Shown here: one piece after another, positions 1 to 9,086 of the stretch
How positions within the stretch are numbered: the stretch's first letter is position 1
How the letters are laid out: each line of letters opens with the position of its first letter
Source: an uncultured Alphaproteobacteria bacterium
Lineage (GTDB): Bacteria > Pseudomonadota > Alphaproteobacteria > RF32 > CAG-239
Assembly: GCA_944392835.1 (NCBI GenBank)
Contig: CALXYB010000009.1
Coordinates: 3,597 to 67,596, forward strand
Length of the DNA: 64,000 nt
Reading direction: 5' to 3'
Translations under genes and position numbers: made by a program
Notes under the pieces: generated by a model
What the model was told of the DNA's origin: nothing
Seen by the model: the letters and a program-made list of their open reading frames with translations, nothing else
The model's database searches: none

Positions 1-1132
1 GGTCAATCTTCATTTGTTTCCACTCGGCAGGTGTCAAAAAGACAACCGTGCTGTCTGGTGTTTCCTGAATTTCGGTATAACCGGCAGAAAGCTGTTGTTC
101 AGCTTTGGATGCGTCCTCAGGCTTAATATAAACGGTTTTATTCTCCCGAATGCTCAAGGGATGAGAAAACTCGGATGTTTGTTCTTTAGAAAAAGCGACC
201 TCACCTTGCATGCGCAAAATCAGCTTTTCAAGGAACGTATTCTTGATAGCTGAGGAGAAGAAGCCTGTAGGGCTGAATTTTTGCAAAATAACATCGCCTT
301 TTTTGACCTGAAGCATAACTTTTTTCCAAGCCTCAGAAATCGGGCTTTCTTTTGTAATCATCGGACGTGTGCCAAATTGGAAAGCAATTTTGCCGATGTC
401 GGGATTATCAATATAATCTTGCCAATCTTTCAAAGACCAAACGCCACCGGCTAAAATGATTGGGATATTATCCAAACCAAGAGAGCGCAACAAACGACGC
501 AACTCAACCAAACGCTCATAAGGAGCCTGAGGCTTTGTTGGGTCTTCGGCATTAGACAAACCATTATGTCCGCCTGCAAGCCATGGATCTTCATAGACCA
601 CACCGCCTAAAAATTCTCTGAAGTTGGAATATGCGCGTTTCCATAAAACCTGAAAAGCACGAGCCGAAGAAACAATCGGATAATAGTAGACGCCAAAACG
701 AGACGCTAATTCACCCAAATGATACGGAAGACCGGCACCGCATGTAACACCATGGATTAAACCCTTAGCTTTTTCTAAAACCCCGCTCAAAATTCTTTCG
801 GAATCAGCCATTTCCCAGAGCATATTCATATGAATACGGCCATTTCCGTTAGAAACCTCATGAGCAACTTGTGCTTGGGCAACACCGCCTCTGATGGCAT
901 ATTCAATCATTTCCTCGTGGCGTTCGGCACGGTTCTTTTTGTGGAAGGTTTCAATAATCACATTCCCGTTGCCGTCATAAAAATCAGGGCTGACACCGGA
1001 GAATGTGCCGACGCAATTCTCCTTAGCCCAAGAGCCGGAACTACGACCATCACTACCGTTAATGCCTTTTCCACCCTCAATTAAAGGCAAAACTTCTTTG
1101 CCTGAAATCATGATAGGATTTAATTGTTTCAA
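1..1132 (-). CDS. Nitronate monooxygenase / 2-nitropropane dioxygenase-family flavin oxidoreductase (3' end runs off window; absent from ORF track)
   Basis: Manual translation from TTG at 1132 (RBS AAGGA): MKQLNPIMISGKEVLPLIEGGKG...GVTCGAGLPY...VYEDPWLAGGHNG...IILAGGVW...FQFGTRP, the motifs of this FMN TIM-barrel family. Confidence 0.85.
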   Translation of the reverse strand, partial: MKQLNPIMISGKEVLPLIEGGKGINGSDGRSSGSWAKENCVGTFSGVSPDFYDGNGNVIIETFHKKNRAERHEEMIEYAIRGGVAQAQVAHEVSNGNGRIHMNMLWEMADSERILSGVLEKAKGLIHGVTCGAGLPYHLGELASRFGVYYYPIVSSARAFQVLWKRAYSNFREFLGGVVYEDPWLAGGHNGLSNAEDPTKPQAPYERLVELRRLLRSLGLDNIPIILAGGVWSLKDWQDYIDNPDIGKIAFQFGTRPMITKESPISEAWKKVMLQVKKGDVILQKFSPTGFFSSAIKNTFLEKLILRMQGEVAFSKEQTSEFSHPLSIRENKTVYIKPEDASKAEQQLSAGYTEIQETPDSTVVFLTPAEWKQMKID

Positions 1133-1234
1133 TGCCTTATTCCTTATAAAATTCAACAGTCAGGACAATATATAACATATATTTTTTTAAATTACACTAA
1201 AATATTATGAATTTATTAACTTTTTATTTAGCCT

Positions 1235-2701
1235 CTAATAAGCCAATTCCAACAAACCTTGCGGGATTTGGTCAATCGTAACCAGAGCAATAATCATACA
1301 AATCAGAGCATAAACTTGCAGCATTTGAGTCAAGGCTTTGTTTTGAAACAAGACAGCTTTGGAAGATACGTCATGCAGAGCTTTATTTATGCCGAGCATA
1401 ACAAAGGTTGTAACAATAGCCTGAAGCCCGAGCCCTGCCTCCCGAACTAAATCCTCTATAGGGGAAAGAATTTTGAACAAGAAGGTAAAAAACAGCATAT
1501 ATGCAACAATAGCTCCATAGGCAATATGGCGAATACGTGCATCTTCAATCTTTTTTTCTTCTTTGTTTTTGCGCAAGTTTTCAACGGATAAAGAAGATAT
1601 TTCCATTCCGCGAACCATTTGCGGCGTTTCTTTTTGTTTTTTGACATCCAAAAGTGTTTCTTTGAAGCGGCCTTCAGCTACGCATAAACCGCAACCTTTT
1701 GCCGTAAAATAAGCATGGTTAGGGTCTTTACGACAAGGTTTGAGGTTATGCATCAAATAATGCAAATGTTCTTGCCATTCTTTAGCCGTAGGTCTGACTT
1801 CGCCTTTAACAAAGGCTCGTTCAAACATTTCCAAAGTTTTCTTGTCAAAATATTCATGAATGGAGTAGGGGTGAGGAGCCTGATAATTATCCGGCCACAA
1901 ACCGTAAGCATAGTGATATTGTTCTATGCGGTTTTGGATAGTCAGCATTTCACCGTCATTTTTACGCGGCACGCCGGAGAAAGGATGGATTCCGTTGTTT
2001 AAGAGCTTAAAAATCATCACAGCCAGAGCAAATTTGTCTTGTTCTTCTCCCATTTCTTCGCAAGACAAATCCATACCTTCCGGATAAATATATTCTTCGC
2101 TGACAAATTCTGCCGGATAGCGCCCCAGCTCACCTTTAATAGAGAAGCCGTCGCAATCCACCATAGCCACCATCATCGTGTCTTTATAAACGGAAACATT
2201 GGAAGGTTTGAGATCAACAATATAGTGCCCGCAAGTATGCAATGCAGCCACCATAGAAGCGATGTTATAAGCGGCAAAAACCCGATAAGAATATTTCTCG
2301 GAAAGATTAAGTTTTTTGCGTATGGCTTTTTGCATTAAGTGGTCTAAAGAAACCGCTTCGCTCATATTAATCAGCGGCATCAGATAGCCGACGCAAAAAC
2401 CGTTTTCATCTTCCAAAAGAGCATCCGGCCAAGCAATCTGCACATATTCTACCCCGTCTTTAACCACCGGCGGAAAGTTTGGGCGGTTAAGAAGCATAGC
2501 CTCAAGTTTTTTTCTATTAGTTGAACTTTTGCTCTTTTTATGAAAAATTTTGACCACGCTGTTTGGGTTACCTGCATTCATATAAATTTTTCCGGCAGCC
2601 CCACCTTTATGAATAAGCTCTCCCAAACGGACTTTTTCAAAATGACCGTCAGCATAAATAGCATTATAAATCAGATTTTGTTCTTCCGGCATATCTGTCA
2701 T
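1235..2701 (-). CDS. yegI: YegI-like Ser/Thr protein kinase with C-terminal membrane segments (TerY-P triad kinase)
   Basis: KGGAAGKIY Gly loop, VVKIF, IAWP, VDLKPSN catalytic loop, VDCDGF (YegI-type DFG variant), DKFALAVMIFKLL..GIHPF, C-x4-H..CxxC motif; start overlaps the PP2C stop (ATGA). Confidence 0.85.
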   Translation of the reverse strand: MTDMPEEQNLIYNAIYADGHFEKVRLGELIHKGGAAGKIYMNAGNPNSVVKIFHKKSKSSTNRKKLEAMLLNRPNFPPVVKDGVEYVQIAWPDALLEDENGFCVGYLMPLINMSEAVSLDHLMQKAIRKKLNLSEKYSYRVFAAYNIASMVAALHTCGHYIVDLKPSNVSVYKDTMMVAMVDCDGFSIKGELGRYPAEFVSEEYIYPEGMDLSCEEMGEEQDKFALAVMIFKLLNNGIHPFSGVPRKNDGEMLTIQNRIEQYHYAYGLWPDNYQAPHPYSIHEYFDKKTLEMFERAFVKGEVRPTAKEWQEHLHYLMHNLKPCRKDPNHAYFTAKGCGLCVAEGRFKETLLDVKKQKETPQMVRGMEISSLSVENLRKNKEEKKIEDARIRHIAYGAIVAYMLFFTFLFKILSPIEDLVREAGLGLQAIVTTFVMLGINKALHDVSSKAVLFQNKALTQMLQVYALICMIIALVTIDQIPQGLLELAY

Positions 2702-3447
2702 AGCTTTGCCCAAAATAAAGTTTTATCGTCATTATTAAGCCTTTTAGCATCCGGAGTATTAAGAGTGTTATTAAGTGCACGGATAGCTCTGGCTTTTTGC
2801 GTTTCGTTACTCAAATATTCATGAATAGGATAAATAAACTTTTTCTCAATCCGGCGAAAGTCCTTAGAAAAAGCAAATCCGGTAACTCCATCACTCATCA
2901 AGAAAATGGCATCAGCATTTTCAAAGGCGGTAAAACGCAGATTCTCTCGCCAATCGTCCATTGTGTAAAAGTAAGTTTCACAAGCAAAAAAACCATTTTC
3001 GGGACGAGAAGCGACAAAGTTTTCGGGATTATGCTCATCCAAAGCCAAGGCAGCACCGTCGCCGATATGGAAAAAAATACCTTTTCTCTCAAAGCAAACC
3101 GTGCCGACCAAAGTTGCCGCAAAGTCATTGATGCCTTCTTCATCTTTGGTTTTGTTATAGCGGTGGCGCAATAATTTTCCGCGAGAAACCTCAATAGCAT
3201 GGACGATTGCACGCCGAATATCTGAAAAATCAGCATTAGCCAGCAAATCACCGATAGTTTCGCAAATGATTCGGGCCCCGATTTTACCGAATTTTGCAGA
3301 ACCTGCACCGTCAGATACCACGGCAACAAAATTTTTGCCTTTATTTGTATAGCGACAATAATCCTGACAAGGCATATTCCTAGCCTCGTGCAAGGGGCCG
3401 GTAATACTTGTTGCCAAAGCGCGTATTTTATTGGGGCTAGTCCTCAT
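2698..3447 (-). CDS. yegK: PP2C-family protein phosphatase, YegK/TerY-P type
   Basis: GPLH...PCQD, VSDGAGSA, ATL, HIGDGA, LMSDG, DDKT motifs; likely start MRTSPNK at 3447. Confidence 0.88.
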   Translation of the reverse strand: MRTSPNKIRALATSITGPLHEARNMPCQDYCRYTNKGKNFVAVVSDGAGSAKFGKIGARIICETIGDLLANADFSDIRRAIVHAIEVSRGKLLRHRYNKTKDEEGINDFAATLVGTVCFERKGIFFHIGDGAALALDEHNPENFVASRPENGFFACETYFYTMDDWRENLRFTAFENADAIFLMSDGVTGFAFSKDFRRIEKKFIYPIHEYLSNETQKARAIRALNNTLNTPDAKRLNNDDKTLFWAKL

Positions 3448-4123
3448 CCCAATCCCCGGTATCTTCCAATTGGTCAGGAATATTTGGCGCAGCCTTAGAG
3501 ATGCAGGAAACACTGCGACTAAGCCACAAGAAAAATTCGGTAAATTTAAGACCCGTTAAGCGTTTGGGAGACATTAAAGAAAACTTGGCTAATTTATCAA
3601 GATTCGCTCCTTGTGTGCCAACCGCATGAACAACGACTTTTTTGTTTTTTTGCGCATAGCGACATTTTTCGGCAATAATCTCCCAGTCATAATCTGTCGG
3701 CTCGCCGTCAGAAATCAAGAAAATCCATGGGCGTTTGGATGTAATGCCGCAACTGTCATAAAGACATTTTTGCTCCTCAATTTTTTGCAGGGCCAATTCC
3801 ATTGCCTTGCCGAGAGGGGTTAAACCTCCGGCTTCCATCTCAGGAGCTTCAAAATTCATGGCATCAATCCAATCTGAAGCGACAACGGCTTCGTCTTTTC
3901 CAAAAGCCTTAATAATCAAAAGCTGTACGCGAGAACTTGCATCAATATCTTCCTTCAGTTCTTTCTCTAAAGCCTTAAGACCGGCATTAAGTTGCTTAAT
4001 CGGTTCGCCGCGCATAGAACCGGAACAGTCCAACACCAGCACGCATGGCGTACGCTCATTAGCATTGTCGGCAAACTCCACATAGGGAATCATATCATTA
4101 GTCAAATTATCATTTTCAACCAT
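3437..4123 (-). CDS. terY: TerY/YegL vWA-domain protein
   Basis: MIDAS DCSGSM, GGLTPLG, RPWIFLISDGEPTD, FFLWLSRS; RBS GGAG before ATG 4123; adjacent to PP2C and kinase. Confidence 0.88.
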   Translation of the reverse strand: MVENDNLTNDMIPYVEFADNANERTPCVLVLDCSGSMRGEPIKQLNAGLKALEKELKEDIDASSRVQLLIIKAFGKDEAVVASDWIDAMNFEAPEMEAGGLTPLGKAMELALQKIEEQKCLYDSCGITSKRPWIFLISDGEPTDYDWEIIAEKCRYAQKNKKVVVHAVGTQGANLDKLAKFSLMSPKRLTGLKFTEFFLWLSRSVSCISKAAPNIPDQLEDTGDWDED

Positions 4124-4147
4124 TTCAGGCTCCTGCAACAAAAGATG

Positions 4148-4273
4148 TTAACGGCGAGGATATGTGTGCGGATATCCGCTGCCTTCAATTGGAGAAGGCT
4201 CAGAAATTTTACCGCATCCTGACACACAGAAGACAAGTGCAATCAAAGCCAAAACACTCAAAGCTTTTTTCAT
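4148..4273 (-). CDS. Small lipoprotein (41 aa), LptM/YifL-like; below the ORF-track cutoff
   Basis: Manual translation MKKALSVLALIALVFCVSGCGKISEPSPIEGSGYPHTYPRR*: signal peptide, lipobox VSGC, CGK start, YPxxYP tail. Confidence 0.75.
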   Translation of the reverse strand: MKKALSVLALIALVFCVSGCGKISEPSPIEGSGYPHTYPRR

Positions 4274-4372
4274 TTTTATTAACCTTTTCCTTGTATTAAT
4301 GAATATAATATTCATATACTCCTAAAAGCGAGTAAATACAAAATTAAAAAACAAGTTATTAATAGGGGCTGC

Positions 4373-4900
4373 ATGAAAAAATTTTGGTTTGCTTTTTTGA
4401 TTCTTGTATCAACTATGGGTTTGAGCTCGGCAGAAGAACGCGGCGTAAATATATATGAAGAACCGAGAGATATTCCTTCACGTCCCATATATGGCTACAC
4501 CGGAAAGAAGGTTAATTTAACAGATTTTGAAGGAAATTTTTTACTTGTTGTCTTCTGGTCGCGCTATTGTGCCCCATGCTTGCGCGAACTGGATAATTTA
4601 TGGCGCTATCAGCAAATTGTAGAAAATGATGGGATTAAAGTTATTTTGGTTTCGCCGGATACAGAATGGAATAATGTTGAAGAAATGAAAAAGATGTTGA
4701 AAAAATACCATGCCGGTGATTTAGAAGCTTATACCGATATAAACGGTCAGTTAGCTTCCGATTTTGGAATTTTTACTTCACCGAACACGGTGTTAATCAA
4801 CAAAAACAGTAAGGAAATCGGACGTTTACGCGGTTCGGCGGAATGGGATGACGAAAAAGTCGTTGAATATATTTACAAAATAAAGGCAGAACATAACTAA
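4373..4900 (+). CDS. tlpA: TlpA/ResA-family thiol-disulfide oxidoreductase
   Basis: Signal/anchor, FWSRYCAPCLREL active site, P-x-TVLI, GSAEWD. Confidence 0.85.
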   Translation: MKKFWFAFLILVSTMGLSSAEERGVNIYEEPRDIPSRPIYGYTGKKVNLTDFEGNFLLVVFWSRYCAPCLRELDNLWRYQQIVENDGIKVILVSPDTEWNNVEEMKKMLKKYHAGDLEAYTDINGQLASDFGIFTSPNTVLINKNSKEIGRLRGSAEWDDEKVVEYIYKIKAEHN

Positions 4901-4909
4901 GAGGCAATT

Positions 4910-5341
4910 ATGACCGAAAAACTCTATATAACATGGGATGAATTCCATAAAGACACAAAAGAACTTTGCACAAAAATCAAAGACAAAGGAACATTTAACA
5001 AAATAATAGCGGTTAGCCGCGGAGGACTTTTGCCGGCAGGTATAATAGCCTATGAGTTGAATATCAGAAATGTTGAAGTTGTTAATATGTCTACCTATGA
5101 CGGCAACAAGCAACGCAAAAGTGAAGATTTTGTGCTTGACTTAAGTTCGGCAGGTGCAGCAGATGAACAAACATTAGTTATTGATGATTTATCTGACACC
5201 GGCAATACTTTCAATCTTCTGCGCCCAATGTTTCCCAAGGCTTGTTTTGTTGCTGTTTACGCCAAGGAAAAGGGAAGCACAAGCGTAGATACTTTTGCAC
5301 GCAAAATGCCGGATTCCTGGATAGTTTTTCCGTGGGATTAA
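4910..5341 (+). CDS. gpt: Xanthine-guanine phosphoribosyltransferase
   Basis: ITWDEFH, AVSRGGL, VIDDLSDTGNT PRPP loop, WIVFPWD terminus. Confidence 0.9.
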   Translation: MTEKLYITWDEFHKDTKELCTKIKDKGTFNKIIAVSRGGLLPAGIIAYELNIRNVEVVNMSTYDGNKQRKSEDFVLDLSSAGAADEQTLVIDDLSDTGNTFNLLRPMFPKACFVAVYAKEKGSTSVDTFARKMPDSWIVFPWD

Positions 5342-5362
5342 AAAGAATTTTGTCATTTTTGC

Positions 5363-5391
5363 TTGTCAAAAGAGAGAGCATAAAGTAACAT
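5363..5391 (+). promoter_or_regulatory. Putative sigma70 promoter for the XRE regulator
   Basis: TTGTCA-17 bp-TAACAT. Confidence 0.4.
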
Positions 5392-5476
5392 AAGGCTTAA
5401 TTTATTTTTTTAAGATACGCTAGCTGCCAACTTTCGGCTATCGTTTGGTCTCAGTTTTTTGAGGGAGAATAGGTCA

Positions 5477-5977
5477 ATGGCTCGCACAGCAGAATCTAAT
5501 CCGAATATGTATAAAATGTCGCGTGGTCGCACGGAAACGGGAGCCCCCAATCCGATAGACATATATATAGGTCAACGCATTCGCATTCGTCGTCGGCTTT
5601 TAGGCCTTTCTCAAGAAGCATTATCTAAAAAAATGGGCATAACCTTCCAACAAGTTCAAAAATATGAGCGCGGACTTAACCGTATAGGAGCAAGCCGCCT
5701 GTGGGATATTATGCAAATTTTAGGCGTAGATGCCAATTACTTCTTTATGGGTATGGATGAAGAGATAAGTAAGCAAAGCCCACGCAACATCATCTTATCA
5801 GATAATCTTGAGCAAGTAGAACAAGAAAATCCGATAAAAAACGATATTATGCAAGATTCAGACTTTATAAAGCTTGCCAAGGCTTATGAGCGTATAAAAG
5901 ACACTCAGGCCGGGGAACATATCCGCGGCCTGATATTTAGCGTCTCCAGATATTATAGAGAACCCTCGGCCTCATAG
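5477..5977 (+). CDS. XRE-family HTH transcriptional regulator
   Basis: NPIDIYIGQRIRIRR..LGLSQE.L...GITFQQVQKYERGLNRIGASRL, the common alphaproteobacterial HTH_3 type. Confidence 0.9.
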   Translation: MARTAESNPNMYKMSRGRTETGAPNPIDIYIGQRIRIRRRLLGLSQEALSKKMGITFQQVQKYERGLNRIGASRLWDIMQILGVDANYFFMGMDEEISKQSPRNIILSDNLEQVEQENPIKNDIMQDSDFIKLAKAYERIKDTQAGEHIRGLIFSVSRYYREPSAS

Positions 5978-6934
5978 GTCAGGGAACATATTCTTACCCT
6001 TTGATAAGCGTGTCATCTGCGTTTCAATAGATGTTGCCAAGTTAAGCTTACCTGTTTTAATAATACCGCGAACTTGGTCTCCTTTTGTTGTATCCGGATT
6101 AGCAAACAGATAGCTGACCAGCGGAATTTTCCGATTAACACCATTCAGAGTTTGGTGCAAAACACCGAGCATACCGCGAGAGAACAAGTCATAGGCCAAT
6201 TCTTCACTCATACTGGTTGATGCTGCATATTTAACCACGGAGTTAATAGCATCAGTAATATTATTAGCATGGATGGTTGAGAGCACCAAGTGTCCGGAAG
6301 TTGCAGCACGCAAAACCTCGCTGGCCGTATCAGGTGTTCTAATCTCACCTACCATAATATAACGTGGTTTAGAGCGCAGAGCCGACTTCAGGCCTTCGCC
6401 CCAGTTTCCGTTAGGCGGCAGTGTTTGCTTGCACAAACCCAAGCTTCCACCCATTGAATGATAAATTCCGTCCAAAGGCATTTCGGAAGGATCTTCAATC
6501 GTATAAGCAAAGCCACCTTCCATCGTCAAAAATTCTTTTAATAAGCTTGAGATAGAGGTCGTCTTACCGGCACCGGTTGGACCTGACCAAAGAATAAGGC
6601 CGGAAGCATTGCAAAGCGAAAGCAAATAAGTGGTCAATTCGTGATTAAATCCCAAAGAGGCAAAAGGCGGAATCTTTTGCGGCATTTTACGTGCACAATA
6701 CTGAACACCATATAAAGCAACAGTGCGTTCCACACGGTAGAATGTGTTTTCATAAAGAACGGAATAGCTTGGATTATGTCCGTCCCAAGAACGTTGAAGA
6801 AGATCATAAAAAATCTCAAAATCATCTGGCTTAATTATTTGTAAGCCGTTTTCTGTTCTGTTATCACTAATGAATGCTATTTTATCAGGCGTAACATAAA
6901 TATCTGAAAAAGGAATTTCATTAAGTTTTACCAT
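5972..6934 (-). CDS. PilT/BfpF-like type IV pilus (retraction-type) ATPase
   Basis: Walker A GPTGAGKTT, Asp box TIEDP, Walker B MVGEIR, His box GHLVLSTIHAN; short N-domain, no Zn motif; last gene of the pilus operon. Confidence 0.8.
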   Translation of the reverse strand: MVKLNEIPFSDIYVTPDKIAFISDNRTENGLQIIKPDDFEIFYDLLQRSWDGHNPSYSVLYENTFYRVERTVALYGVQYCARKMPQKIPPFASLGFNHELTTYLLSLCNASGLILWSGPTGAGKTTSISSLLKEFLTMEGGFAYTIEDPSEMPLDGIYHSMGGSLGLCKQTLPPNGNWGEGLKSALRSKPRYIMVGEIRTPDTASEVLRAATSGHLVLSTIHANNITDAINSVVKYAASTSMSEELAYDLFSRGMLGVLHQTLNGVNRKIPLVSYLFANPDTTKGDQVRGIIKTGKLNLATSIETQMTRLSKGKNMFPDL

Positions 6935-7014
6935 TGTATCCTCATAAGGTTATCATTATTTTTTTTAACCTTAACATAAGATGTCTTAAGAAAGAATAAA
7001 AGTGCAGATTTTGT

Positions 7015-7605
7015 TTATTGAAAATACCAACCGATAGCACAACTTGCGGATTCCCTGCAAGTGCATTTTGTAACGGCTTCAGAGATAGTTATAGGAAGCT
7101 CTGTTCCGGTATAAGTTTCCGCATCCATTTCGGCTAAAGCCATTTCTTTATCCGAGACGCGCATCCCGACAAGAGCCGCAGAGGAGCCATTACCCCAGTT
7201 AGATGTTGCCATCGTAACGCAAGCTTCTTGTCCCAATCCGTTATACACGATTTGAAAAGCTTTGCTGTTTTCATCTCTATATTTTGCCTCATTAATTAAA
7301 ACACTTCCGGCAAAAGCATTTGTCGCTGAGGAATCCGAAGCCTTCATATCAGGAGAGACAATACCATAAGAAATAGCTTGCTTCATTGTTAAACCTGAAT
7401 AGTTACGCTGACCGGAATAAATTGTTTGAATAGATGCCACCAACATGGAAATTTGGTCAAGGCTCTTATTAACCTTAAATTTTATCATGGCTTTGGAATA
7501 ACCGGCAATTCCGGCAATGGATAAAACGCCGATAATCGCTAATACCCCAAGCATTTCTACCATTGATCGCCCGGACTGATTTTGAGAACACTTAGCCATA
7601 GTCAC
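7015..7605 (-). CDS. Type IV pilin (PilS-like), diverged paralog
   Basis: Class III signal QSG|RSMVEMLGVLAIIGVLS, NAFAG, GLGQEAC, C-terminal cysteines. Confidence 0.85.
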   Translation of the reverse strand: MTMAKCSQNQSGRSMVEMLGVLAIIGVLSIAGIAGYSKAMIKFKVNKSLDQISMLVASIQTIYSGQRNYSGLTMKQAISYGIVSPDMKASDSSATNAFAGSVLINEAKYRDENSKAFQIVYNGLGQEACVTMATSNWGNGSSAALVGMRVSDKEMALAEMDAETYTGTELPITISEAVTKCTCRESASCAIGWYFQ

Positions 7606-7630
7606 TATTCCTCAGAACCATATTTTAATT

Positions 7631-7663
7631 AAAAAGCCTCCGTAATCAACACATACGGAGGCT
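7631..7663 (-). terminator. Rho-independent terminator downstream of pilin 7684-8253
   Basis: AGCCTCCGTA/TACGGAGGCT stem followed by a T-run on the minus strand. Confidence 0.7.
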
Positions 7664-7683
7664 CAAGAAGAGCAATTAGAATA

Positions 7684-8253
7684 TTATAAATAAGTCCACT
7701 GAATAGAACATGTTGCAGTAGCACATTTACAATTAGCAGCAGCATTAATCAAAGATACAGGAAGGTCTGTACCAGAATAAGTTGCTCCTCCATCAGCAGC
7801 TGCAGATACGGTCATATTCACCAAACCGGAAGAAGAACCTGAACCCCAGTCAGAAGTCGCCATTGTAACACAAGCTTCTTGACCCAAACCTTCATATTTA
7901 ATTGTAAATGCAGCATCATTATTTCCATTAACGGCCGCTGTAGCAATTGTAACATCACCGGCAAAAGCATTAGTAATAATAGAACCGCCGCCGTCCATCT
8001 CACCGGGAATAATACCAAAACTGATGGCGTTTGCATTACCTAAACCGGAATAGTTTCTTTGTCCGGAGAATAATGTACGAATATTAGCCACCAGCATAGA
8101 AATCTGATCCATACTTTTGTTAATCTTAAACTTGGTCATAGCCTTGGAATAACCGGCAATACCACCGACAGACAAAACGCCGATAATAGCCAACACACCA
8201 AGCATTTCTACCATTGAACGACCACTTTGTTCGTTTTTATATATTTTGTTCAT
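7684..8253 (-). CDS. Type IV major pilin (PilS-like), copy A
   Basis: Start MNKIYK at 8253 (RBS AAGGAG); G|RSMVE site, E+5, hydrophobic helix, PilS-like head with 4 Cys. Confidence 0.9.
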   Translation of the reverse strand: MNKIYKNEQSGRSMVEMLGVLAIIGVLSVGGIAGYSKAMTKFKINKSMDQISMLVANIRTLFSGQRNYSGLGNANAISFGIIPGEMDGGGSIITNAFAGDVTIATAAVNGNNDAAFTIKYEGLGQEACVTMATSDWGSGSSSGLVNMTVSAAADGGATYSGTDLPVSLINAAANCKCATATCSIQWTYL

Positions 8254-8291
8254 TGCTCTTCTCCTTGTCGCACACACCATCTTTTATATAT

Positions 8292-8320
8292 TACTATAAC
8301 TAAGAAATTCTTAACAAACA
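8292..8320 (-). promoter_or_regulatory. Putative pilin promoter with an embedded CtrA-like box
   Basis: Minus strand TTGTTT-17-TATAGT; plus strand CTAA-gaaattc-TTAAC at 8300-8315. Confidence 0.45.
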
Positions 8321-8402
8321 ATACTGTCTTTAGTCATAGAAGAAACTGTGTATATCAAAAGTTATATATAACTTTTAGAACTTGTAAACATATTTTTCTA
8401 AC

Positions 8403-8433
8403 AAAAAAGCTCCCAACTAGTGGGAGCTTTTTT
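8403..8433. terminator. Bidirectional terminator between the pilin copies
   Basis: AAAAAAGCTCCCA-actag-TGGGAGCTTTTTT. Confidence 0.85.
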
Positions 8434-8447
8434 ATATATACTCTTTT

Positions 8448-9017
8448 TTATAAATAAGTCCACTGAATAGAACATGTTGCAGTAGCACATTTACAATTAG
8501 CAGCAGCATTAATCAAAGATACAGGAAGGTCTGTACCAGAATAAGTTGCTCCTCCATCAGCAGCTGCAGATACGGTCATATTCACCAAACCGGAAGAAGA
8601 ACCTGAACCCCAGTCAGAAGTCGCCATTGTAACACAAGCTTCTTGACCCAAACCTTCATATTTAATTGTAAATGCAGCATCATTATTTCCATTAACGGCC
8701 GCTGTAGCAATTGTAACATCACCGGCAAAAGCATTAGTAATAATAGAACCGCCGCCGTCCATCTCACCGGGAATAATACCAAAACTGATGGCGTTTGCAT
8801 TACCTAAACCGGAATAGTTTCTTTGTCCGGAGAATAATGTACGAATATTAGCCACCAGCATAGAAATCTGATCCATACTTTTGTTAATCTTAAACTTGGT
8901 CATAGCCTTGGAATAACCGGCAATACCACCGACAGACAAAACGCCGATAATAGCCAACACACCAAGCATCTCTACCATTGAACGACCACTTTGTTCGTTT
9001 TTATAAATCTTTATCAT
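8448..9017 (-). CDS. Type IV major pilin (PilS-like), copy B
   Basis: Mature protein identical to copy A. Confidence 0.9.
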   Translation of the reverse strand: MIKIYKNEQSGRSMVEMLGVLAIIGVLSVGGIAGYSKAMTKFKINKSMDQISMLVANIRTLFSGQRNYSGLGNANAISFGIIPGEMDGGGSIITNAFAGDVTIATAAVNGNNDAAFTIKYEGLGQEACVTMATSDWGSGSSSGLVNMTVSAAADGGATYSGTDLPVSLINAAANCKCATATCSIQWTYL

Positions 9018-9086
9018 CAGAGTTTCCTTGATACATAAAATTCTTTTACATACAACCTAGCACGGATTAGTTAATAAATTACAAAT

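Larger units (their letters stand above)
7684..9017. repeat. 570-bp direct repeat (7684-8253 / 8448-9017) equal to the two pilin CDSs
   Basis: Visual alignment: identical except about 5 substitutions in the first 16 codons; flanks unrelated. Confidence 0.92.

Noticed and set aside
14..1084. Plus-strand ORFs 14-253 and 830-1084
   Set aside because: Antisense to the well-supported nitronate monooxygenase-family gene.
3992..4222. 76-aa plus-strand ORF or possible structured RNA upstream of terY
   Set aside because: The region is explained by terY and the minus-strand 41-aa lipoprotein.
7684..9017. Pilin duplicate as a DGR template/variable pair or shufflon
   Set aside because: Differences are few, 5'-located and not adenine-specific; no reverse transcriptase, Rci recombinase, pilV or inverted sfx-like sites seen.
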